From contig JAHZKW010000137.1 in assembly GCA_022600175.1 (NCBI GenBank), positions 1-62,638 of the forward strand: 62,638 nt of DNA, given 5' to 3'. How positions within the stretch are numbered: position 1 is the first letter of the stretch; every line of letters begins with the position of its first letter. The position numbers were made by a program, and so were the translations under genes. This document shows positions 31,324 to 40,577 of this stretch, piece after piece. This DNA comes from Campylobacterota bacterium (GTDB lineage Bacteria; Campylobacterota; Campylobacteria; Campylobacterales; QNZT01). The notes below the pieces were generated by a model. That model was not told the origin of the DNA, searched no databases, and worked only from the letters and a program-made list of their open reading frames with translations.

Positions 31324-33734
31324 ACGGCACTTGAAAATACTTCTTTGATATAGTAGTTTATTTGGCTCTCTGGAATAGGTTCACTGAAATAGTATCCTTG
31401 CATAAGTTGACAATCATTCTTTTTCAAAAAGTCTACTTGTGCTTGAGTCTCTACCCCTTCAGCCACCACCTCTAAGGAGAGTTGTTTTGCCAATGTGATG
31501 ATTGTTGATGCAATCTGCATATCATCTTTATCATTTGGGATATCGTCAATAAAAGATTTATCGATTTTGAGTTTACTGATAGGAAGTTTTTTAAGACGTC
31601 CAAGTGAAGAGTATCCTGTACCAAAGTCATCAATAGCGGTGTTAATACCAATCTCTTTTAAATTTTGCAGTACTTTTTCAACTTGATCGATATTTTCCAT
31701 CAGAAAACTCTCTGTCACTTCAAGTTCTAAAAGCTTAGGATCAATACCACTATCACGGACAATATTTTTTAGTGTCTGCTCGAGATGATTTTGGGTTAAC
31801 TGTTTACTAGAGATATTGACAGCTACCTTAGCTCTTACGCCTGCTTCTTGCATAAATTTGATCTGTCTACATGCTTGTTTTAGAATCCATTTACCCACTT
31901 TAGCCATAAAACCGCCTTCTTCAGCAAGCTTGATAAAGTTTCCTGGTGTAATCACGCCATATTTTGGATGCTCCCAACGTACAAGTGCTTCAAATGCTTC
32001 TAGTGTATCTGTTTGTGTATTCATGATGGGTTGATAATAGAGTGTCAATTGGTTATTGACAATGGCATTACGCAGGTCATTGGAGAGTTCTAACCTCTCT
32101 GTTGCATCTGCATTCATATCATCTGTAAAGTATTTATAAATATTTTTTCCACTCCCTTTAGCGGTGTACATCGCCATATCTGCATTTTTGATCAAAGTTT
32201 CGATCTCATTTGCATCATCAGGGAAAATAGCGATACCGACACTTGCCCCTATATATCCCATCTCATCTTTAAGTTGAATTGGCTGAGAGAGGGTGTCAAT
32301 AATCTTTTGGGCAACAATAGAGGGATAACTGTTATCTTGGATATCTTCTAAGATAATGGTAAATTCATCACCTCCCAGTCTTGAAACGGTATCTTCTGCT
32401 CTTAGGATAGATTTGAGTCGTTTCGCTACTTCCACAAGGAGTAGATCACCATAATCATGACCTAAAGTATCATTGATCATTTTAAAGTTATCAAGATCTA
32501 GGAACATGAGTGCAATTTTGCTTTTATTTCTTTTTGCTTTTGAGACAGAGTTTCTCAATGAATCTTGAAATAGTGCACGGTTTGGCAAGTTTGTCAAAAG
32601 ATCATAGTGTGCTAAAATATTTAACTTTGTCTCTGTTCGTTTTTGTTCACTAATATCTGAGTAGATACCCCCGAAGAGTTTATGCTTATTTTTATTGATT
32701 ACAAAACGGTGTGTTTGGAAAAAGTGTTGGTTTCCTCGTTTATCTGAGAGTTTCTCTTCAGAGGTAAATGTACCACGCATAAGCAGTTCACTATTATCAA
32801 TGATATGTTGATGCTCTTTAGGATCTAAAATCTCTTTGGTATTGGTACCAATTAAAGTATCTACACCAAAAAAATCATTGAGATATTTATTTGAGAATAC
32901 AAAATCATTGTTTTCATCTTTGATAAAAGCACCTGCTGGAAGGTTTTCCATAAAGAGTTGAAACTGCTCTTCTGAATTTTTTAATGCCAGTTGTGCCTCT
33001 TTAATCTCTGTGATATCAGTTAAAAATCCTACTACACGTGAAGGTTTTTTATCTTGACCTACGGAGAGTTTTCCGCGAATTGAGACCCATTTGATTTCAT
33101 TATTTATCTTGATACGATGTTCCGCGTTAAAGTTTGGTGTGATACCATTGATGTGGTTTTCAAGTGCTTGTGCAACACGTGTTCTATCTTCCGGAATAAT
33201 GGTATTTATCCAGCAGGTGATCTCACTTTTGATTGGTTTATGGGCGTAACCTATGATCTCTTTAAAGCGGTTTGAATAAAAAACTTTACCACTTTTAATA
33301 TCAAAATCCCATAATCCCTCATTCGATCCTGATGTCGCAAGCTCATAACGCTCTTTGAATTGGTTGATGGTATTTTTTGCACTATTTTGTGCTCCAATAT
33401 CAACAATAATACCTAACTTTGCCTCTTGCTCTTCTCCAATATCCGAGATATAGGTGATAGATTCAATTTTTTGACCTATATCATTTATGAGTTCAAGCTC
33501 AAATTTACTTTGATGTGTATTATTAAGGGTGAGGAGGTTGTTTAAAACTTTTTGCCTACTTGTTCCTGCAAAATTATCAAATGCGTCATTGGTGATAAAG
33601 GTTGTACTTTTGTTATGTTTATAAAAGATAGGAAGTGGAAAGTTTTTGATGAGGATCTCAATGGTTTTACTTTTCTCTTTTAAGTTAGATCCTGATAACT
33701 TTTTAAACATAGGCTTGTTTCTCCAAAACTTCAA
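31320..33734 (-). CDS. PAS/PAC-GGDEF-EAL signalling protein (c-di-GMP turnover)
   Basis: Two PAS/PAC-like regions, an intact GGDEF (RLGGDEF) and an intact EAL (FEALVRW ... DDFGTGYSSL). The ATG at 33710 has a GGAGA RBS and may be the true start. Confidence 0.92.
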   Translation of the reverse strand: MKFWRNKPMFKKLSGSNLKEKSKTIEILIKNFPLPIFYKHNKSTTFITNDAFDNFAGTSRQKVLNNLLTLNNTHQSKFELELINDIGQKIESITYISDIGEEQEAKLGIIVDIGAQNSAKNTINQFKERYELATSGSNEGLWDFDIKSGKVFYSNRFKEIIGYAHKPIKSEITCWINTIIPEDRTRVAQALENHINGITPNFNAEHRIKINNEIKWVSIRGKLSVGQDKKPSRVVGFLTDITEIKEAQLALKNSEEQFQLFMENLPAGAFIKDENNDFVFSNKYLNDFFGVDTLIGTNTKEILDPKEHQHIIDNSELLMRGTFTSEEKLSDKRGNQHFFQTHRFVINKNKHKLFGGIYSDISEQKRTETKLNILAHYDLLTNLPNRALFQDSLRNSVSKAKRNKSKIALMFLDLDNFKMINDTLGHDYGDLLLVEVAKRLKSILRAEDTVSRLGGDEFTIILEDIQDNSYPSIVAQKIIDTLSQPIQLKDEMGYIGASVGIAIFPDDANEIETLIKNADMAMYTAKGSGKNIYKYFTDDMNADATERLELSNDLRNAIVNNQLTLYYQPIMNTQTDTLEAFEALVRWEHPKYGVITPGNFIKLAEEGGFMAKVGKWILKQACRQIKFMQEAGVRAKVAVNISSKQLTQNHLEQTLKNIVRDSGIDPKLLELEVTESFLMENIDQVEKVLQNLKEIGINTAIDDFGTGYSSLGRLKKLPISKLKIDKSFIDDIPNDKDDMQIASTIITLAKQLSLEVVAEGVETQAQVDFLKKNDCQLMQGYYFSEPIPESQINYYIKEVFSSAV

Positions 33735-33831
33735 TAATTTTAAATCTATATCTCCTTATATCGACTAATTTGAAAAAAAATAAAATACCAAGTTTGCTTT
33801 TTGTAGAATTAATTTTTTAAGGGGAAAAATT

Positions 33832-36800
33832 ATGAGTATACCAGATTTTACACATTTACATTTGCATACTGAGTATTCGTTGCTGGATGGGGCAAATAAG
33901 ATCAAAGCATTAGCCAAGAAAGTCAAAGATTTGGGGATGAAATCTGTAGCAATGACGGATCATGGTAATCTTTTTGGTGCTATTGATTTTTATATGACGA
34001 TGCGAAAAGAGGGGATCAAACCGATTATCGGTATGGAGGCATATATCCATAATCTTGATGAGATTGGAGATAAAAGTACAAAACAGCGTTTTCATCTTTG
34101 TTTATATGCTAAAAATGAGATAGGGTATAAAAATCTTATGTATTTGAGTAGTCAAAGTTATATTAATGGTTTTTATTACTATCCGCGTATCAATAAAAAG
34201 ATGCTTAGAGAACATAGTGAGGGACTGATTTGTTCATCTGCTTGTCTACAAGGAGAGATTAATTGGCATCTAAATCTTAACAGTGAACGTAATAAAAGAA
34301 ATGGTGCTGGAGGGTATGAAAAAGCCAAAGAGGTTGCTTTAGAGTATCAAGATATTTTTGGAGATGATTTCTATATGGAGATTATGCGCCATGGGATTGA
34401 AGATCAACACTATATTGATGAACAGGTGATAAAACTCTCAGCAGAGACAGGTATTAAAATCATTGCTACCAATGATACCCACTATCTTGAACAAAAACTT
34501 GCAGATGCACATGAGGCATTTATGTGTATTGCTATGAATAAAGAGTTTGATGATCCTAACCGTCTTCGTCATAGTGTACATGAGTTTTTTGTCAAGAGTC
34601 CACAACAGATGTCTGTGTTATTTGCGGATATTCCTGAAGCCATTACCAATACACAAGAGATTGTCGAGAAGTGTAATCTTGAAATTAAACTTGGTGATCC
34701 AACACCACCTAATTTTAAATTTGTCAAAGAGTATGCTGAAGCTGAAGGGCTGAGTTATGATAATGATGCTGATTATTTTGTACACAAATGTAAAGAGGGA
34801 CTAGATATGCGTCTGAGACTTGTGCCCTCAGAACGTCATGAAGAGTATAAAGAGCGTTTAGAGTTTGAGATGAATATTATCAATAACATGAAGTTCCCAG
34901 GATATATGTTGATTGTTTGGGATTTTATCCGTGATGCGAAAGAGAAGGGTATCCCAGTAGGACCTGGACGGGGATCTGCTGCGGGGAGTTTAGTCGCTTT
35001 TTGTTTAGAGATTACAGATATTGATCCTATGAAGTATGATCTACTCTTTGAGCGTTTTTTGAATCCTGAAAGAGTAAGTATGCCAGATATCGATATCGAT
35101 TTCTGTCAAAAAAGACGGGGTGAGTCGATTGATTATGTGGTCAATAAATATGGGCGTGATAATGTGGCACAAGTGATCACGTTTGGTAAGCTTTTGGCAA
35201 AAGGGGTGATTCGAGATGTTGCCAGAGTGATGGCGATGCCTTATGCAGAAGCAGATGCTATGGCCAAACTTATTCCAGATGAATTAGGGATTAATCTTGC
35301 AGAGTCATTTGAAAAAGAGCCAAAAATTAAAGAGCTTATTGACTCAAATGCACATGCAAAACGTGTATGGGATTTTGCTGTAGCACTGGAAGGCTTGAAC
35401 CGAAATGCGGGTATGCATGCTGCGGGTGTAGTGATGAGTAATGATGAGCTTTGGCATAAATCACCGATCTATAAGCCCTCAGGAGATGATCAACCTTATG
35501 TTACACAATACTCTTTAAAGTATCTTGAAGATGTAGATTTGATCAAGTTTGACTTTCTTGGTCTTAAAACTTTAACAGTCATTGATGATGCTTTAAAACT
35601 AATTGAAGCACGTTATGGAAAGAAAATTAACTTTAATGAAATTGATTTTGATGATCCTAAAATTTATGAGTTGGTACAAAGTGGTGCAACGATTGGGTTA
35701 TTCCAGATAGAATCAGATGGTATGCAGTCACTTAATGAGCGTTTAAAACCGAGTAACTTTGAGGATTTGATTGCGGTCTTAGCACTTTATCGTCCAGGTC
35801 CAATGGAGTCAGGAATGCTTGATGACTTTATTGAAAGAAAGCATGGAAGACAGTCTATTGTGTATGATTTTCCAGAGCTTGAACCGATATTAAAGCCTAC
35901 TTATGGGGTAATTGTTTATCAAGAGCAAGTTATGCAGATTGTACAAACCATCGGTGGTTTTAGCCTTGGTGGTGCGGATGTTGTTAGACGAGCCATGGGT
36001 AAAAAGATCAAAGAAGAGATGGATCGACTCAAAGGTGAGTTTGCTGATGGCGCTGTTAAAAAAGGGTTTGATCGTACAAAGTCTGAAGAGCTTTTTGATC
36101 TGATTGTAAAGTTTGCTGGATATGGTTTTAACAAGTCTCACTCTGCAGCTTATGCGATGATCACTTTTGAAACTTCTTATCTTAAAGCCTATTATCCTGC
36201 TGAATTTATGGCGGCACTCTTAACTTCAGAGGCACAAAATACAGATAAAGTGGCTAAGTATGTGGATGAGGTGAAGCGTCTTGGCATTGAGTTGTTACCG
36301 CCATCAATTGCAAAGAGTCGTATTGAGTTTAGTCCCTCTGCCGATGGAGATCATGACACAATCCTTTTTGGTATGGGTGCGATTAAAGGCGTTGGACATA
36401 AAGCGATAGAGAGTATTTTAGAAGCAAGAGCAGAGAAGCCTTTTGAAGATCTGAGTGATTTTATCGCAAGGATTGAGACGTCAAAAGTAAATAAAAGAGT
36501 ACTGGAATCACTAATTAAATCAGGCGCAATGGATAGTTTTGGATACTCTAGACGAGCACTTATGGATCAGATTGAGAAGATTGTTGAGGCTGGTGCTGAG
36601 GCAGCAAGGGCGCAGAAGATGGCTGTAGGGTCACTCTTTGGTGAGGATGAAGAGTTAACGACAGTATCCGTAAAAGTAGATGATTTACCAGAGTATGATG
36701 GTAAAAATATTTTAGGTCTTGAGAAAGAGACACTAGGCTTTTATGTCTCAGGACACCCTTTGGATGAGTTTAGAGCAGAGATTGAGACGATCAAGCATAC

Positions 36801-37338
36801 GCTTTCAAGTGAATTAGATACGCTTGCAGATGGTTCTAAAACAATGTTTATTGGTAAAATTGAAAATATTACCAATAAGATTAGTAAAAAAGGCAATAAG
36901 TTTGGTATTGTCCAGTTGATGGATTTTCATGGGGATATTGAATTTATGGTGTTTGAAAAGACCTTGGTACAGATTGCAATGATGGATCAAAATAAACCTA
37001 TTGCTTTTAAAGTGCAGATAACGAAAGATGATAGGGGTATCAATACACGTGTGTTGAAAGTCTCCGATCTTGAAGGTGCGAAAAAAGAGAAGACAGATAT
37101 TAAAAAAGAGGTGAAGATTGTTCCTGTCTCTCCTATCTTTGTTAAATTAGAGATTGGAGATGATGCAAATATTTTGCAAGATCTTTACCGTTTAGTCAAA
37201 GAGTATCCAGGTAATCGACCACTAAAATTAATCCTCTCATCAAAACTGCAAGATGTAGTTTTAGAGTCAAATATCAGTGTTAATGAGATGATTGTTGAGA
37301 AGCTTGAAGCGATCACCGCGTTGAAGGTAGCTGCTTAA
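33832..37338 (+). CDS. dnaE: DNA polymerase III alpha subunit
   Basis: PHP domain start FTHLHLHTEYSLLDG, palm/fingers motifs (PDIDIDF, FDFLGLKTL, YGFNKSHSAAY) and a C-terminal OB fold. 1168 aa. Confidence 0.98.
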   Translation: MSIPDFTHLHLHTEYSLLDGANKIKALAKKVKDLGMKSVAMTDHGNLFGAIDFYMTMRKEGIKPIIGMEAYIHNLDEIGDKSTKQRFHLCLYAKNEIGYKNLMYLSSQSYINGFYYYPRINKKMLREHSEGLICSSACLQGEINWHLNLNSERNKRNGAGGYEKAKEVALEYQDIFGDDFYMEIMRHGIEDQHYIDEQVIKLSAETGIKIIATNDTHYLEQKLADAHEAFMCIAMNKEFDDPNRLRHSVHEFFVKSPQQMSVLFADIPEAITNTQEIVEKCNLEIKLGDPTPPNFKFVKEYAEAEGLSYDNDADYFVHKCKEGLDMRLRLVPSERHEEYKERLEFEMNIINNMKFPGYMLIVWDFIRDAKEKGIPVGPGRGSAAGSLVAFCLEITDIDPMKYDLLFERFLNPERVSMPDIDIDFCQKRRGESIDYVVNKYGRDNVAQVITFGKLLAKGVIRDVARVMAMPYAEADAMAKLIPDELGINLAESFEKEPKIKELIDSNAHAKRVWDFAVALEGLNRNAGMHAAGVVMSNDELWHKSPIYKPSGDDQPYVTQYSLKYLEDVDLIKFDFLGLKTLTVIDDALKLIEARYGKKINFNEIDFDDPKIYELVQSGATIGLFQIESDGMQSLNERLKPSNFEDLIAVLALYRPGPMESGMLDDFIERKHGRQSIVYDFPELEPILKPTYGVIVYQEQVMQIVQTIGGFSLGGADVVRRAMGKKIKEEMDRLKGEFADGAVKKGFDRTKSEELFDLIVKFAGYGFNKSHSAAYAMITFETSYLKAYYPAEFMAALLTSEAQNTDKVAKYVDEVKRLGIELLPPSIAKSRIEFSPSADGDHDTILFGMGAIKGVGHKAIESILEARAEKPFEDLSDFIARIETSKVNKRVLESLIKSGAMDSFGYSRRALMDQIEKIVEAGAEAARAQKMAVGSLFGEDEELTTVSVKVDDLPEYDGKNILGLEKETLGFYVSGHPLDEFRAEIETIKHTLSSELDTLADGSKTMFIGKIENITNKISKKGNKFGIVQLMDFHGDIEFMVFEKTLVQIAMMDQNKPIAFKVQITKDDRGINTRVLKVSDLEGAKKEKTDIKKEVKIVPVSPIFVKLEIGDDANILQDLYRLVKEYPGNRPLKLILSSKLQDVVLESNISVNEMIVEKLEAITALKVAA

Positions 37339-37696
37339 AAAATGCCTTCGTCTCTTCATCAATACGGTGGGGCTTTCCGTCTTTACACAAAAAGACTAAA
37401 AGTACTTCCATCGTAAAGATGAGTGTATCTGCTCGATAAATTGCATGTGCAATCTCTATACTCGTATGTTTAACTTGGATCAGTTTTGTTTTGACTTCTA
37501 AAAGATCTCCCAAAAATGAAGGCTTATGGTAATTTGCATTGATCTTTTTAATCGCAAAATGACATTCACCGATCATGGGTGATCTTCCATGAGAGAAGAA
37601 GAGTTCACTTCGTGCCATTTCACAGAAGTTGAGATAGTTAGAGTGGTAGACAATACCACCCATGTCGGTATCTTTGTAATATATTCTTACTTTCAC
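37313..37696 (-). CDS. YbgC-type 4HBT acyl-CoA thioesterase
   Basis: VRIYYKDTDMGGIVYHSNYLNFCEMARSE motif. The GTG at 37696 with an AAGGA RBS gives a typical 127-aa product, whereas the tracked ORF starts at a TTG at 37744. Confidence 0.8.
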   Translation of the reverse strand: MKVRIYYKDTDMGGIVYHSNYLNFCEMARSELFFSHGRSPMIGECHFAIKKINANYHKPSFLGDLLEVKTKLIQVKHTSIEIAHAIYRADTLIFTMEVLLVFLCKDGKPHRIDEETKAFFKQLPSTR

Positions 37697-37784
37697 ATAA
37701 ATCCTTTTTTTTATTTTACACATCCTACTTGAAAGTAAAATCAAACATGTTAAAATCGAAAAATTTTCTCAAGTAGGGAGCACA

Positions 37785-38228
37785 ATGCCAGATATTGAAG
37801 CGTTAAAAGAAGAGTATATTGATCATATGATGAATCCTCGTAATTATGGGAAGCTTGATTACTATAGTGCGAAAGGGATAGGGAAAAATCCCCACAATAA
37901 TGAATTAGTTGAAACTTTCTTAGTCATGGAAGATGACTTGATTGTAGATATCAAGTTTCAAGCCATTGGGTGTATGAGTACTATTGTCACAGGTTCAATT
38001 TTTACAGATATGATCAAAAGTGAGACTATCATGGAAGCGGAGAGTGTGATGGAAGATTTTATCAAAGGGCTTGAAAATGCACCTGCTGAGACAAAAGCCT
38101 GTGGTGAGATGGTTGCAAAATCTTTTATGGCGGCACTTGTGAACCTAAATAACAGAGCGTCAGGAAAAGAGGAAGATGCGTATACATTGATGATTAGTGA
38201 GGATTGTTTAACTGATGAAGAAGCATGA
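37785..38228 (+). CDS. IscU/NifU N-terminal-domain-like protein with incomplete cluster-ligand set
   Basis: HMMNPRNYG and AIGCMSTIVTGS match IscU. The first Cys motif (CGD) is replaced by HNNE, and the HC motif by AC. Confidence 0.7.
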   Translation: MPDIEALKEEYIDHMMNPRNYGKLDYYSAKGIGKNPHNNELVETFLVMEDDLIVDIKFQAIGCMSTIVTGSIFTDMIKSETIMEAESVMEDFIKGLENAPAETKACGEMVAKSFMAALVNLNNRASGKEEDAYTLMISEDCLTDEEA

Positions 38229-39051
38229 AATTTTTAAAAGTAAACATGAGTTATGGTTAAGTTTTCTCTTCGGTGCATTTTCAGTGAAGAGTGATGCACT
38301 CTTTGAGGTACTTTATGATTTTGCCATGATTGAGTTTCGGCATTTGAGTTGGTTAGGGGATGAGTTGGTTGCTTGTGGTGATGGTTTTGATTTTGAAAAA
38401 GGTGAAATTGACTTTATGGGAACAGATTATACTATGTTGTTTGAAAAGTTAAAAAACAATATTCAAAAGACACAAAGTTACTATCAAGAGGGTGAAATGT
38501 ATGCAAGGTTTAGAAGTGATGAGAATTACTTTATGCAAAAGCTTGAGATACTTTCACAACAAGAGAGTGAAAAAATTACAGCCTTTGATAAAAAGAGAGT
38601 GTTAGAAGGGTTTAGTTTAGATCAAGAGCAAATGGATGCGTTGACGCTCTTTTTATTTGAGGAGAGTTATAAAGAGTATGAGTTGATTTTAGTCTATATG
38701 TATGCTAACTTTTATACAGATTCAAAGTTACTTTCAACAATTTTTATAGATCTTATCTATGAGTCACAATTTCACTTAAAAAGTTTTGCAAGAATGATGC
38801 GTTCTCTAGGACTTTTATCTATTCCTCGTACAGTGATGGAGTCAATCTATAAATTCGATGATTTAGAGACATTTTTAGTTGAGGGGATTAAAGAAGAGGA
38901 GGGTGCAAAAGAGGAGTGTTTAAAACTTGCACGTGCAGTGAATCACCCAGAGCTCTCTAACTTCTTTAATTTTATCAATTTTCAAGAGAATTATCATATT
39001 GCACTGATGCAAAAGGCATTAAAGCATATTAGAGGAGAAGATCTTGAGTAA
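38215..39051 (+). CDS. Hypothetical helical protein with ferritin-like ExxH motifs
   Basis: 278-aa ORF overlapping both neighbours. Motifs IEFRH, FEESYKEYE, YESQFH, EEEGAKEE and QENYH suggest a ferritin-like four-helix bundle. The function call is weak. Confidence 0.5.
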   Translation: MKKHEIFKSKHELWLSFLFGAFSVKSDALFEVLYDFAMIEFRHLSWLGDELVACGDGFDFEKGEIDFMGTDYTMLFEKLKNNIQKTQSYYQEGEMYARFRSDENYFMQKLEILSQQESEKITAFDKKRVLEGFSLDQEQMDALTLFLFEESYKEYELILVYMYANFYTDSKLLSTIFIDLIYESQFHLKSFARMMRSLGLLSIPRTVMESIYKFDDLETFLVEGIKEEEGAKEECLKLARAVNHPELSNFFNFINFQENYHIALMQKALKHIRGEDLE

Positions 39052-39877
39052 TTTGGTCAAAGCAGCCTGGACAAATAGCATTTCACGTGGATTTGGGAAA
39101 TTTGCATCTTGTGCTTTTCCCTCTTTTATGCAAATAGTTATTAATAAAATTTATGTCAAAGCGATGGGTGTAGATTTGATAAATTTTCATTCGGCTAGTC
39201 ATTATCCTACACTTAATGCACTTTTTACAAGAGAGTTGATGTATCAAAGAGATATGCCAAAAGATCCTAGTGTGATTGTTTCGCCCGCTGATTCTTTGGT
39301 ATCGGAGCTTGGTGATTTAGAAGAGAGTAGTGCCTTGCAGATTAAAGATTTTGATTATTGTGTCAAAGAACTTTTAACAGACCAGATTGATGAAGAAAAT
39401 TTACAAAGAGTGTCAAATGGTAAGTTTATCAATTTTTATCTCTCTCCTAGAGATTATCATCGTTATCATGCTCCTATGGACATGAAGGTGAAGAAAGTGA
39501 TTCATGTACCAGGATTATTATATCCTGTAAATTTTACCTACCTTCGAAAAGTAGAGTCACTTTTTGTAAAAAATGAACGTGTTATTGTGGAGTGTGTGGA
39601 TAATAGTGGAAAACTTTTTTATATGGTTTTAGTGGGAGCACTGAATGTGGGAGAGATGACACTTGCTTTTGAACCTTCAATTGAAACAAATAAAGATGCA
39701 TCGCAACTAAATGTATTTGAGTATAGTGATGTTTTACTTAAAAAAGGTGATGAGTTAGGGATGTTTAAGATGGGATCCACTGTTGTGATGATTTTTGAAA
39801 AAGAGTTTGTATCGCTTTCAAGCAGTGTAGGAAAAAAAGTACGTTTTGGAGAAGAGGTAGCGACTAAAGTACATTGA
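39044..39877 (+). CDS. psd: Phosphatidylserine decarboxylase proenzyme
   Basis: YLSPRDYHRYHAP motif and the self-cleavage site FKMGSTVV (G-S-T). Confidence 0.9.
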   Translation: MSNLVKAAWTNSISRGFGKFASCAFPSFMQIVINKIYVKAMGVDLINFHSASHYPTLNALFTRELMYQRDMPKDPSVIVSPADSLVSELGDLEESSALQIKDFDYCVKELLTDQIDEENLQRVSNGKFINFYLSPRDYHRYHAPMDMKVKKVIHVPGLLYPVNFTYLRKVESLFVKNERVIVECVDNSGKLFYMVLVGALNVGEMTLAFEPSIETNKDASQLNVFEYSDVLLKKGDELGMFKMGSTVVMIFEKEFVSLSSSVGKKVRFGEEVATKVH

Positions 39878-39879
39878 TA

Positions 39880-39908
39880 AATCAAAAGGAGTGTAACCCC
39901 TTTTGATT
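39880..39908. terminator. Hairpin between the convergent psd and comEA-like genes (bidirectional terminator candidate)
   Basis: AATCAAAAGG-N9-CCTTTTGATT, a perfect 10-bp stem. Confidence 0.5.
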
Positions 39909-39918
39909 ATAGTATTAA

Positions 39919-40377
39919 TTATTTTGTAGTTTTGAGTGCTTTTTTAGCTTTTGCCTTTGCTTTTTTCTCAGCTCTTTTTGTTGTATCACCTGCTTTTTTC
40001 TTTGTTGCTTTTTTTACCTTGCTAGTACTTTCTTTAGCTTTTTTAGTTGCTTTTGCTTTAGTACTTTTCACTTTTGAATTAGCCTTGGTCTTTGTAGTTT
40101 TAGCTTTAGATTTTACTTTTTTGCTAACTTTTTTTGTATCTGCACTTTTGATCCCTTTTTTTGCATTATCAGCAATCTCTTTACCAATACCTGGTACTTT
40201 TTCAAGATCAGCAGCACTTTTAATTTTATTTGACTTTCGATACTTCATAATCGCAGTGGCTCTTTTTTCTCCAATTCCTTTGATACTCATCAGATCTTCT
40301 TTAGAAGCGGTTTGGAAGTTAAGCGCAAAAAGCGAAACGGCAGTCAGTGTTAGTGCTAAAAAAAGTTTTTTTAACAT
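39919..40377 (-). CDS. ComEA-like periplasmic helix-hairpin-helix DNA-binding protein with Lys/Ala-rich C-terminal tail
   Basis: Signal peptide and two HhH motifs (IKGIGEKRATAI, VPGIGKEIADN), followed by about 80 aa of K/A/T/S low-complexity sequence. Confidence 0.7.
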   Translation of the reverse strand: MLKKLFLALTLTAVSLFALNFQTASKEDLMSIKGIGEKRATAIMKYRKSNKIKSAADLEKVPGIGKEIADNAKKGIKSADTKKVSKKVKSKAKTTKTKANSKVKSTKAKATKKAKESTSKVKKATKKKAGDTTKRAEKKAKAKAKKALKTTK

Positions 40378-40409
40378 TTATTCTCCTTAAATTAATTTAA
40401 AAACTTAAG

Positions 40410-40418
40410 ATTATAACA
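40410..40418 (-). promoter_or_regulatory. Extended -10 promoter (TGTTATAAT on the minus strand) for the comEA-like gene
   Basis: The reverse complement of ATTATAACA is TGTTATAAT, 33 nt upstream of the ATG. AAGGAGAA RBS. Confidence 0.4.
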
Positions 40419-40544
40419 TAATAAATGTGAAATTATTGTGAACAGAGTAGAAAATACGCTGATAAAATTGGGTATATTTAGGGAAAAGGTGTAAAGTATC
40501 TGTATATTGAAGTGAGATAAAAGATAGTTTTGTATTAATAGTAT

Positions 40545-40568
40545 AAAAAAGGGGATTGCCCCTTTTTT
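40545..40568 (-). terminator. Rho-independent terminator after glnA
   Basis: AAAAAAGGGG-ATTG-CCCCTTTTTT palindrome 10 nt downstream of the glnA stop. Confidence 0.65.
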
Positions 40569-40577
40569 ACGACTTTA

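Noticed and set aside
39932-40390. A 152-aa ORF on the + strand that exactly mirrors the 152-aa comEA-like gene and is extremely hydrophobic (FFALFVV…).
   Set aside because: It is the antisense reading of a Lys/Ala-rich tail: AAA/AAG/GCT codons read as TTT/CTT/AGC. It has no RBS and low-complexity composition. It is a mirror-frame artefact, not an overlapping gene.
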